From the NCBI GenBank assembly GCA_009103225.1, contig RHPI01002119.1, forward strand, positions 439,723 through 489,303: a stretch of 49,581 nt of DNA, written 5' to 3'. This stretch comes from Chlorokybus atmophyticus (taxonomy: Eukaryota > Plantae > Mesostigma and Chlorokybus algae). The stretch's first letter is position 1. Each line of letters opens with the position of its first letter. The notes beneath the pieces are model-generated. The model was not told the DNA's origin. It saw only the letters and a list, made by a program, of their open reading frames with translations, and did not search any database. Shown here piece after piece: positions 12,701-24,007 of the stretch. The translations under genes were made by a program, and so were the position numbers.

Positions 12701-13751
12701 ACCTAGTGTTGTGGTTGTCGCTTACTTCATACATGGTCGGTTGTTGTGTTGGTTATGGTTGTGTTTACAATGTTGCAATGCGGTGTTATGTATGGTGCCA
12801 CTTTATTCGAAGTTGATTCAATGTTTTGGCATATATGACTCCAGCCTGCAAGACAGCATCGTGACAGCGACATGCACACATTACCGTTTCGCATTGTATG
12901 TACAAGGTGTGTAATCAAGGCTGCAAGTGCATACGTGGATGACTGATAGGGGGGCGGTAGGGGTAGCAAGTAGGTAGCATGCAAGCGCATGCTACCTACT
13001 TGGCTTCGCTCAATGGTAGTGTATGCGGTATAGAGGTTAGTGTGGGTGTGGTGTGATGTGTTGCATGTAATTGGACATAAAGCACATGCACTACCCCACT
13101 TGCATCTTTTGTACACTTGCGGCAAATTCTGGCAAGCCTTTGAAAATGCCATGTGTCTCAACTGTCAATGGAAGTGATTGAGACCAGTCGTGCAACTTAC
13201 CATCCTGGGCAAACCACAAACGCGTACGCCTCAAAGCTGGGATGCTTGCCGCACAGATAAATTACTAACTCTTACCACATATCACAATAGCTACGTGTCA
13301 CTACACAGCGTCCGAGTATATATTCTGTTACCAAGCATGACCGCGCGTGCCGCCACTTATAGACAGTTCCATGCACATAGTACACGCACAGTGCAACCTG
13401 CTTGATTACACAACATACCGCACCTTCCTACAACTCTTCATGCGTACATCCCACGCGCGTCACCCGCCCACTAGCACATACCCAAAAGTGCAGTACATCT
13501 CACGGTACTATCTCACTCATCTAGAATCTGCACTAGAAGTCGATAGCATGACAAGTAACAGCAACTAGCGACCGGATCAAGCAGCCTGCACTATGTGGGA
13601 AGTGAACACACGAGGCAGTTCCGGTGTTCGCGAACCATGATGCAGTTTCACCTACTCCATCACGCAATATACAACACCCGCAAGCCTTCACATACGCATG
13701 CACTGTGCATCCTCTAATCGACACTAGCAACACGTGCTTACATGCTGTTTG

Positions 13752-15167
13752 TCACAAAATGATGCGCAAAATTGCCAGCCCAACAGCAGTGGTTGAGACC
13801 AAGGTACCTGTAAGAACAGCCAAATGTCATTTTATTTCAAATGACTTGTTGGCAGGTGAGCGGACTTCAAACTGAGCTGCGATGCTGCGGCAGCAGACTG
13901 GGGCTTACCAATGCAGTACTTGATGATCTCATACTTGTTCGCTTCAATGATGGTTTTCACACCATTAATCTCCTGCAGGTGACCAACGGTTAGGTGGCAG
14001 GCTCACATGAGGATATCCTGCACGCTCGGACTAGCCTTGTGCACACAAATCGCAATGTGCACTCACCCTATCCAACTTTCCATCTAGCTTTTTCAAAGAG
14101 TCATCCAAAGACCGCATTTCATCTCTTATTCGCCTGCGCAACTACTCCATTAGGTGCTGACCACAGCTGCTCCAGACCAAACTCCTCCAACGCACAATTG
14201 TGCATGCTCCACACCATCACACCCACTTACCCCTTCTCCAGATTCAGATCTAGCTTCTGGCTTGCAGTCAACTTGTCTATTTCGTACCTGCACAAGCGAC
14301 AACTGTCATACCTGGACTGCTGACGACGCCAACAAATGGGGCATATTGACAAGCAAGAGGCAGAAAAACAAGGAGAACTTGCTAATGGTGACCGACTCAG
14401 CGTGTGCTTTGCTGCACGACTTACTTCATCTCGACCTTGAGCTTGTCAATGTCGTTCCGCAATCGGTCAGTGTCCCTATTTACGGATGTCGTATGAATTT
14501 CCTATTGAACCGCACGCAGTGTTACTGAAAGACAACACCATAAAAAACAATGCACAATTTTCACATTGGACTTTGGCTATGACGACGCTGCCTCTACAGC
14601 TGTATTGCTCACCTGTTCACGTTTGAAGTCGCTCTTGAACTGACTGATTGAAGCATCGTGTTTCAGCTCATACTGCAAGTAGAATTTGCGGATCAGACAG
14701 GAATGAGTAATGTACCCTTGCCGGCTTTACGCGTGCATCCACAACAATAATATCTGCCAGAATATTTGCTATCTCTTACCGAAAGCATCTCTGCCTCTGT
14801 AGCAAAACCTGTTGTAAGCCTCTCTATCGACGCCGAGCAGACTGAAAGCAGCGCATTGGTGATAGCTTCAGCGTGGGCTGTGCTCAGCCCTTCTGACTCT
14901 AGCTGTCGCACCAATGCCAACGTGTCCACTGGAAGTCCCTACGACATGCAATACGTCAACCAATAGTGCCATCACCTAGCACCAATGTGCTGACACTGAA
15001 TGTACAGCATTTGCCTTTGCTGAGAAGCCACAGTGCAGCTGGCTAAGATCAACAGTAGAAGCTCATGCCTTGGGGTGCACAGCAGCGTAGTGGCGGGAAG
15101 CGATTGCGGGTCTGAGCTGAGATCCTGCTAGACGGCAAACGGCGGCGGCGGCCGCCCGCCTCGCCAT
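13752..15167 (-). CDS. DUF1640 / CCDC90 (FMP32-like) mitochondrial coiled-coil protein, 7 exons
   Basis: Presequence-like MARRAAAAAVCRLAGSQLRPAIASRHY; exons VDTLALVRQLESEG, DTDRLRNDIDKLK, YEIDKLTASQKLDLNLEKG, RIRDE, EINGVKTIIEANKYEIIKYCIG, and a C-terminal TM segment TLVSTTAVGLAILRIIL*. Confidence 0.85.
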
Positions 15168-15822
15168 GCCCACGCCCTTCGCCTCCCACCCCTGAGCTTA
15201 GCAGCACACCCCAGCCTTGGCTCCACGCACCCCTCAGCGCACCATGCGCAACACCAAGAGTGACCAACCAGAATACACTGCTTGCCTCAAACCCTACGTA
15301 CGCTCCCACCACTGCTCCTGCGCCAGCCTTGTCCTACTGCCCCAGCAGTAGGACCTGGCCAACCTCCTGTTCTGCTTCACGCCCTGCTCTTCATCCGCTT
15401 ACAAGAAGATCCCTTCTTTACCAACACCCACCGCTACGCTGCGGAGACAGACACGCCCGCGGGAACACTGACGTTGACAGCGCCACCTCCGCCCGCCTGG
15501 TCAACGACCTCGACAGCAATGACCACCGCGACGACGACGGCGACGGCGCCAACTCGGCTGCCTGCCAAGTGTCACCTTGCCCGAGCGTGGGTGCGCTGCG
15601 TTTAGCTCCCGCGGCGTTCGTTCGCTACAAGGGTGCCTCAAAGCCAACGTGCGTTACGAGCCCAGCAACCCAGCCAGAATCAATCAGTGTCACGAACCTG
15701 TTGTTACTAACACCCTGTTGTTGTAGGGACAGATGCGTTAGTTCTTGTTTTAGGGGGTGGGGAAGCTGCTTGATTCCTTCCAACAGAAGGGTGTAAGCTC
15801 TCAGGGAAGTTCCTGGGAATGA

Positions 15823-15830
15823 AAACCCTA
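15823..15830 (+). promoter_or_regulatory. Telo-box (AAACCCTA) upstream of POMP
   Basis: Exact motif about 155 bp before the inferred ATG; a second copy lies at 15289-15296. Confidence 0.5.
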
Positions 15831-15985
15831 GCTTCAACTTCCGGGACGCACTGGGCGAGCGGTTAGGCGGCGACGGCGGCGGTGGCGTTGTGGTTGTTGC
15901 TGGGTGGCGTATTGCGTTTCTGTGTAAAGACCGCTGCCTGGAGGATCCGCTCTGTGTCAATCAGCCTTGATCCACAGTGTTCAGC

Positions 15986-16804
15986 ATGGTACGGAGGCTG
16001 TCGTGTTGGGTCTGTTGTGCTGCCTCTCAACAGCCTGCTGTGCTTGAGTGCTGATGATGACTGTATTGTGTTACTACCATTTCACAGGAAACAAGCACTT
16101 CGCAATTGCCGCTGTTGCGGTCGGGCCCGGACGTGCTGCGGCAAGGGCTGCAGAGCCTGAAGAGCGACGCTCTGGGCGCTCCGCACCCGCTGGAGAAGGT
16201 GCTGCAGCAGACACCTGCGCTTGACTGGGAGAGGAAGCGCACCCTACTTGCCTTAACGTATGGCGAAGCGCTGCCTTTGCAAATGGAGATGGAGCGGCAA
16301 ATTCTGTCCAAGTATGTTAGTTGACTGTGTTCTGTGTTAGTTGTCATGCAAGGCTACCGCAATGTGAGAAGACAAGCTTGTGTCTGTTCCTGTACGCGCA
16401 AGCCTTAGTATCGCCTGCATGCAGATTTGCTCGGCCAGCTGGTCTGCCTTCGGGATACGTGGGGTTGGACTCATTGACAGGCGCGCTAGATGAGCTGGAC
16501 TTGGAAGACTATTTGAACGGTGAGTACCACAAGTGCTGTTTTGCATGTAAAGAACGCGTTTGTACTTGCCGCACAAATGCACAGAAAACTGTTGGCACAT
16601 CTGCGGGTTTGTGTGCATGTTCGTTACGCATGTACGCGCACACATGGTCTCGTGCTGCTTGTATGCTGTTGATGTCCCACCTAATCATGGGCTTGTCGCG
16701 TAGACTCACGTGAGTCTGAATTTGCATCACAAGTTGATTTCCATACCGCCATGGAGGCCAAGCTAGGACTTTCAAAGGGTCTTCCAGCGCGCAGGCGTTC
16801 GTAG
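15986..16804 (+). CDS. POMP: Proteasome maturation factor UMP1/POMP
   Basis: HPLE motif, YGEALPLQMEMERQILSK|FARPAGLPSGYVGLDSLTGALDELDLEDYLN|DSRESEFASQVDFHTAMEAKLGLSKG; canonical splice sites. Confidence 0.9.
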
Positions 16805-17181
16805 TCGGTCTGTGGTTGAGAGTGCTCATATGCTGCCACTCTCTGTACATGATGCTGTTTTGTACACATTGTATCGATCGTACCATGTTTGTGTCTGCTC
16901 CTCCGGATTCTGATTTGCACTGAAGTTAAAAGTTAATGCGTTGTTGTCGCTATACTTGCATTGCTTGCTCATTGCCAGAGACTGTCGCATGGATACGACG
17001 GACAGGCATTGGTATAATTCTGTAACCAGCTGTGTCCTTTGCCTGGTCCGGTTGGCATGGGATGTCACGCTGACAGGTTGATTGAGTGTTTGGCGGCTTG
17101 AATGAACTTTCTTTGACTGTGGTCCATTGTACAAAGTTCGTATGCTGCATATATGCCTCGCTGCAGCTGTGCTTGCATTGT

Positions 17182-17220
17182 GTGGTGGTGATGGTGGTGG
17201 TGGTGGTGGTGGTGGTAGTG
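17182..17220. repeat. (GGT)n microsatellite
   Basis: About 12 GGT units read directly. Confidence 0.9.
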
Positions 17221-17645
17221 GCAAGTTACAGTTAGGGGCCTGGGCCAGCCCGCTGTTATTGTTGCTGTTTACTTTGCTTGTAACCATTCTCACAGCTTGT
17301 TGTGCCTTGTTTGGTGGGCTGCCTGTGTACATCAAATGCAGGACACGCATGCACATGCATAACGTGTAGTTCAGTCAGCACGCAGCAACACATGCAAGGT
17401 GTCGCACAAATGACCATTAGTTGACCACCGGGCTACTATTAGCACGCTAATCTACTGCCTCTACCCCGTTAGATATGCAGCAGTCAATATGCAGTTGGTA
17501 ATCACCTGCCCACATGGGCGTTGTGCTTGCAAGCGTGCACAATGGCAATTGTGCCTATATGTGTACACTGTTGCCTTGCTTCTTGTTATGCATGCAGAAC
17601 AATAGCTGAGTCTTAACCTATGCATGGGATGCCATGCATAACAAT

Positions 17646-17692
17646 AGCTGTGCTATGCTGTGCTGTGCTATGCTATGCTATGCTATGCTATG
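17646..17692. repeat. (TGCTA/TGCTG)n pentanucleotide microsatellite
   Basis: Read directly. Confidence 0.9.
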
Positions 17693-18164
17693 GTGTGTTG
17701 TGCTTTGCTGTGCACCCTTATCACCATTCTATGGTCGTACATGTTCCTTAAATGCATCTGCCTCCCGCGACCACATCACATTATGCAGTTGGTGTCAAGT
17801 AACTGCAGGTTTCGTCTACAGTAGCAGGCGAGCAGAAACTGGTTGACTTTGCCTAGGCAACCATGTCCACTGACCAGCACAGTAGTCAGTAATACGCCCA
17901 AACCACAGCCACTGGCATAAATGAGGCTACGCTGTGTGCACTCACAAACGTGCTAATTATTTGGAGACCGCATGGCACTCATGCGAGCATCTGCATTGCC
18001 AGTGTACACGGACATACACAACCCACCAGTGCATAAAACTGTTCACAAGTTAACCAGAGACACTGTGGCTTAAACAGCAATGTCAAGCCAGCACCTGACA
18101 TTGCCTGAACTTGGGCGCTTGCATGCGTACTTGCTATGCATGCAAACCGCCTTTGATGCTCAGC

Positions 18165-21100
18165 CTACAACACCCTCTTGTAGCTGGAGTACTCCTTGCC
18201 ATCGGGCTTCACCAAGCGCAAGACGCGCACGGTGCGTGGAGGAACATTAGCGACAAGCAAGCCACAGTGCACAGGCACCAACACCTTGGAACCCCCTTCT
18301 CCAAGTTCATCCTGTAGAAAAGCGCCGTTCATGATCTTGGACTCTCGAACAGGCACTGTCTCAGTGACTTCTTCGTCGGTAGGGTTTGCCATCACGATGA
18401 CCATCTCTTCAACAAACTCCGTGCGACGCATGAAAGCGAGCAGCCTCTCACTGTCCAACAACCGGAAGTCGCCTATGCGCAAGGCGCGGTTGCTGTTGCG
18501 CAGTGCTATCAGCTTGCGCATCCACTGCAGATGAGGGTTGTCATCTGTGAACTGGTCCCACTCCATGGGACCCCTTTGCTCTGGATCTTCTCCACCCTGT
18601 GACATGACAAACATGAGGATCCAAGTGCTGTCTAAGAGAACATGTGCCTATCATCCACCATGCGGACAAAAAATGGCAAGCGGTAATCCCTATGTAATGT
18701 TGTTACCTAGCTAACTTACCTCCATGCCAAGCTCAACACCTGCAAAACAGCCAACGACACATCAACATGTCTTGTTGCTGTGGTCTTAGGCAGCACAATA
18801 ACAGCCATGCTAGAACATGTACCGTAGTAGATGCATGGCGAGCCAGGTAAGGTGAACTGTAGCACTTGAGCCATCCGCTCTTGCCATTGGTCAGGGAGGG
18901 AAGTTCTATGCACACACAGAGTGTTAAGTTGACATCTGACGGTAACTATAACTCATTTTACAGAAACATGCAGTTGAGCTACTATGTAGTGTACCTGAGA
19001 CGGGACACATCATGATTATCAAGCACCAGCCAGGAGCGCAACACGGGTTCCAACCCAGCATCTTGAATCATGCGGTCCAGTAGTCGGCCGGCATGGGCGC
19101 CAGAGATCACGTCCTTGACGAGGAACAGAATTACTTGCCGAGCGTACATGTTGAGCATTGCATCCAGTGATGGGAACCACTCCTCCGGATAGTTCTGCAT
19201 AGGAAAGCTGAGAGCTCAGACTAGAATATCATCCATACATGTGCCCCTCCCCCCCCCTCCTACACCACTTTGGGTAGAACGCACGTGAAATGCAACGGCA
19301 GTGGCAGAAGTTACCTACCCAGACTTCGCCCAGAACTAATGAACCTGGCTTGCAGGAGTGCGCTGAGGAGTAAAATGGTGACATGTTAGCTCTCAGAAGC
19401 GTACAAGATAAAATTGATGTGCTGAGTGCTCTCCACCCTTTCCCCATGCGTGAGTGTGCATATGGGGTACTCAGGCAAGCGATCATGGCAGCTAGAGGCA
19501 AGTGTGACCAAGACTCAACTCACCTGCGTCTGTCAGCTGCCGCAAGTAGTTGAACCCAAGATCAAACGCGACGTCCAAGCGCCAGCCATCCACTCCGTCC
19601 CTCAGGTACCCCTGCCATGACACACCGTCTGTCACCAGCGCAAGAGCATAGCACGTAGTTTCATATTGCTTAATACGTCAGTTGGCCCTGAGTTGTAACA
19701 AACCTGAACAACACTATCTGGATCACCATAAATACAGCCGCGCAGCTCAGGGTCCTCCATCCGTAACTCAGGCAAGTTAGCAGCATTGTACCAGGCCCTG
19801 CGATTACCAACATTGATCACTTCTGAACATGCGGCAAACCATGCCTTGAAGCTTACAAAATGAGACACACACCTGTAGCCCAGCTTGTACTCGTCATCAA
19901 TGAAGAACCACTTGCGGATCTTGCTGTTGGGATCCGCTAAAGCCGCTTGAAACCATTCAGAGTACTGGCCAACGTGGTTGAACACGCCATCAAGTACCTG
20001 GTGAACAAGCACCTGGCGTTATGCACCTGCACAATGCTAGCGTTGGCTTTACTGCTTGTTTCAATTTCAACATGCGCATTTGGTGCGGACAACTTATGCA
20101 CTCACCAGTTTCATACCAAGCCGATGGCATTCATCAGCCAGCTCAATCACATCTTCTCGTTTGCCAAACTCAGGGGATACGCTGAAGTAATCAAGGGCGT
20201 CATACTTGTGGTTTGTGTAAGCCAAGTGAATAGGGTTCAAGTACACAACGTCGGCTCCCAGGTCTTTGATATAGTTCAGTCGGCTGCGTAAGCTCTGCAA
20301 ATCCCCACCCCAAAAGTCAATCTCATGGCTCCATACGCCTTCCTCTTCCAGATACACACCTGATGCATGTACACCTCAGTCTGTGCTTCATACTTTACTG
20401 TGCTCGCATGCAAGTGCTTACATGCCATGCACAGGTAGACCACCTTGGCGTGGCTTTTCAGACCAATCCCGAAGCTTCTTCGGATCAGGGTAGAGGTCTC
20501 GCTTTGTTTCTAGATCCTCCGAGGGAGCAAATCTGTCCACCAAAACCTGCCCACCATCAACATGTAGCCTAGAAACATGATGTGACACAACACAACAACT
20601 GCAATCACGTGAGCAGATGTGACTAAACCTGCCTGATAAACTATGGCACCACTACGCCAGTCCTGCTCGCGCGCGCTATACACGCTAGCGCGCTGCAGGT
20701 CGTAGTCGTTAGCATACAGATCAAAGTCATTGTTGTCTGCTGGAGTCGAGTCCGAAGCGATTTCTTGTTCTGCAACAGCGCGTATGGCCAGGTCTCTGCC
20801 CAGTTGTGCACGCAGGCCACGTTGCGTCGTCCTGCAATATCAGAGGTCTTCATCAGGTCACAAGCACTGCCAGCTAGCGTGTCATTCCAATGGATGCAAT
20901 AAGAGCCTCTGCAGTGGTGGCTGCTGGTACTGGAGTCAGAAGTGATACGCAACTTGTGTATACTGGCAGGCATAACAAAATCAATATCAGGAACTCCTGC
21001 TGATCTGTCATTGACCCCAGAACACAATATGCAATATGCACATTCCACTCAAGAAACTGCTGGGACGGTGCGTATGATATAGGGCTTGGCACCCAGCGTG

Positions 21101-21702
21101 CAAGCACTGCTGGCAAACATGCTAACGCTGAACAAGCTCTTTCTTGTCACATTCCTCGCGCTATGACACTGTCATCTGCATGCAGAATATCTGAGCAGCT
21201 TCGTAATGCCAACGAGTTGGGCACATTGCAAACCCACCACAATATGCTTGCCATGTATGATGGGACGAGGACACGATAGCTACCTCAAGGGCTCAACCCA
21301 CAACAACTATGGACGCCAGAAAAATGAGACATCGATGGCATGCGGGGCATGAGGGCATCTTGCATGCACGGGCACACCTTGCATGCAAGCATGGACATTG
21401 TGCCAGGTGTTTGTGGTTAGTCGGCGTTTGGGTGTGCTGGTCTAGGCGACGTATTGCGACAACTAAATATTGTTGCCAAGCAGAAAAGGCCCTGACAGAC
21501 ACACTGCCTGCACCAAACACCTGCACAGCTGCCAAGCAGCAACAGCCCGCTTCATGTACCAGACTTACTACCTGAATGCACAGCGCTGCCTGGGTCGATC
21601 GGCCAGCCCCAGTGACCGCCTCGCTCCAGTACTAATCAATGACGCCTCGGTCGCACTGGGCGCCACCAATGCCACCGCCGCCGCCACCATCGCCATGGTC
21701 AT
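18165..21702 (-). CDS. GH13 alpha-amylase family, neopullulanase/cyclomaltodextrinase-like, with N-terminal plastid transit peptide-like extension; about 12 exons
   Basis: DWRSGAIVYQ|VLVDRFAP, FWGGDLQSLRSRLNYIKDLGADVVYLNPI, TNHKYDALDY, LDGVFNH, NLPEL, DGWRLDVA (nucleophile), LGEVW (acid/base), LDNHD, LPGSPCIYYG|VELGMEG|GEDPEQRGPMEW. Confidence 0.92.
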
Positions 21703-21736
21703 AGCCACGTGGTGCTGCCACAGCGTCTTTGGCTGC

Positions 21737-21746
21737 AAACCCTAAA
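21737..21746 (+). promoter_or_regulatory. Telo-box (AAACCCTAAA) between the GH13 and OTU starts
   Basis: Exact motif 35 bp upstream of the GH13 ATG. Confidence 0.45.
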
Positions 21747-22713
21747 TTGGTCCAAGTTTGCAGGAAATTTCGTCCAAGTCTGAGTCTAAGTCTTACAGGC
21801 ACACACAGACAAATTATAATTGATCTCGTGCCAACCTGGCATTCCCTTTTGCGACAGATTGCTGACGCGTCGTAATGCATTGAGGCTGTACCAAACAGAT
21901 TCAGGAATCTTCTGGATTCCACCGTGCGGTGGAAATTGAAGCAAACAAACAAAAGGAAAGCGTGCGACGCAACAGCAAGCACGAACCACAACCGCTGTTC
22001 CGGTATTGTCCCCCGTGCAGGATGAATCCAAAATGCAGAGCAATCCCTAAAACGTTTCATGGGTGCGTCATTACAACGCAAACGTAGGGTCTATGAATAG
22101 CACAAGAAAAGGACTTGCCACAAGCAGTAAAGCAGTCGGGATTGTCCTCGAAAAATAAAAAGCAGGACCATCAGGCGCAGAGAGTGACGTGGGCACCCGT
22201 AGCGGCGGCGGCGGGTGTGGCGGCAGCGGCGGTAGTGGTGTTTCGACTTGTAGTTGGATTGCAAGGATTCTTAGGTTGCCCTTTCAGCTTGCGGGTAGCG
22301 GTGCTGTTGGAGTGGTGGAACTGGTGAGCGCTGTGTGCGCAGCTGGCATTGCGGGAGAGTGTCAAGCGGCAGGTCACTGATGGCGTCAAGTTTGCTTTTG
22401 TTGCTATAGGCCGGCAACCTGTTTTAAGTATGTCGCATGGATTATATGTTTTGCTTGAATCGGCACTGGACTCTGATCGAACTTCCTGGCACTGACTGGA
22501 CTGCTGCTGCTGCTGTTTTGCTGTGCAGGTTGACGTTTTACATGCTAGTATCGCCTCACAATCATACTAAGGGAGCTTGATCTGGCTACCCTAGTTTGGG
22601 TTGGGCAGTCTTGCCCGCAGTATGGCTACTACCTGCAGACTGCGTTGTTCGTGCTTAGGCACTGCTATGACATGCTAGATCACGCCCGACCTTGTCTTGC
22701 TGCCGGCGCTAGC

Positions 22714-24007
22714 ATGGCTGTTGTCGCCGCCCGCGTGCTATCACGGCCTCCTGCGCGGCACGCCTTTGTTTCAACAAAAGCAGAAGTTCGCCATGCACAG
22801 GTATGGATTGGTTATCAGTTTTGCGGTACATATTGCTTGCTTTCTTCGTCACTGTTTGTGCCTTCTTATAGCCCCCTACATGCATGTGTGAAGTTTGACG
22901 TTGACGAGCTTTGTTTTTTTTCGGGGGGGTGCCTGTCTGTCCGAGTAATTGCCTGCCGTCTGCTTCTTGGTAGTACCAGCAGCCGTATATCGTGTTTACA
23001 GTAATTAGTCTTCTCCTTTCACTTGCAGCGGCGGCCATCATTGGGTTGTTTTGTTGGCTACCTCAGGAAGGGCAGCCTTGCACGAGCTGGCGAGCGGTCT
23101 CAGAGCGCAGGCAGTTGCGGGAGGTCAATATTCGCTGACCCTCCGCTTCGGCTTGGCAACCCTTTCAGGTTGTTGACGGCGCATCGGCAATGGTTTCTCA
23201 GGTCATCAGCGTACCTGCTCCTGTCCGCATCCATGCTGACGGCCACGGCCACAGCCAATGCGCGCGCTGAGCTGTCTGCTGCTGAGGCGGAGAAGACCGA
23301 GGAGACAGCAGCAAGTTCCAAGGCAGAGCCTGTTGGTAATTATCACATTGTGCGGATAGCTGGCGACGGAAGGTGCTTATTCAGGTCTGTTGCCTGCGGC
23401 TCTCAGTTTAGGAGAGGGGAAGGCATGCCAACCTCCGAGCAGGTATGTCATTCTGATTGGTTTGCTTTGCTTATATGCCATCAATTTGTTGGCACGAGGA
23501 GTGCCTGCGCTTAGCAGCATGTAGTGTTGTTCCTTGGTCGTGTTGGACTGCAGCACTACATTATTCACTTGTAGTTGAATACACAGGAGTCGGACATGGC
23601 AGATGAGCTGCGACGCAAAGCTGTTGACGAGTTTCGAGACAGACGGAAAGATGTTGAGTGGTAAGTTAATGTAGGAGACAGGCTTGCTTGTTTGTGTTGT
23701 TGTGCACTAGACAGGCTCATAGCAGTACATGTGTGACAGGTATATTGAAGGCGATTTTGACACGTACATGTCGCGGATGTCCAATCCCCACACTTGGGGA
23801 GGCGAGCCGGAGCTTCTGATGCTCTCACACGTATTAAAGTTGCCCATCACTGTGTACATACCCTCACAAGACAAAGTAAGGACGCATGTTACTCCAATTG
23901 CAGAGTACGGGCAGGAGTACTCTGATGGCAAGCCACCCATCAAGGTGTTGTTTGATGGTGTCGGCCACTACAATGCGCTGCTACCAAACGTGATATCTGC
24001 GCTTTGA
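22714..24007 (+). CDS. OTU-domain deubiquitinase (plant OTU3/OTU4-like) with N-terminal targeting-like extension, 4 exons
   Basis: IAGDGRCLFRSVA (catalytic D/C), HTWGGEPELLMLSHVLK, LFDGVGHYNAL (catalytic H). Confidence 0.88.

Noticed and set aside
15260-15800. 178-aa and 107-aa ORFs between DUF1640 and POMP
   Set aside because: Low-complexity, GC-rich promoter/UTR sequence with no family motif.
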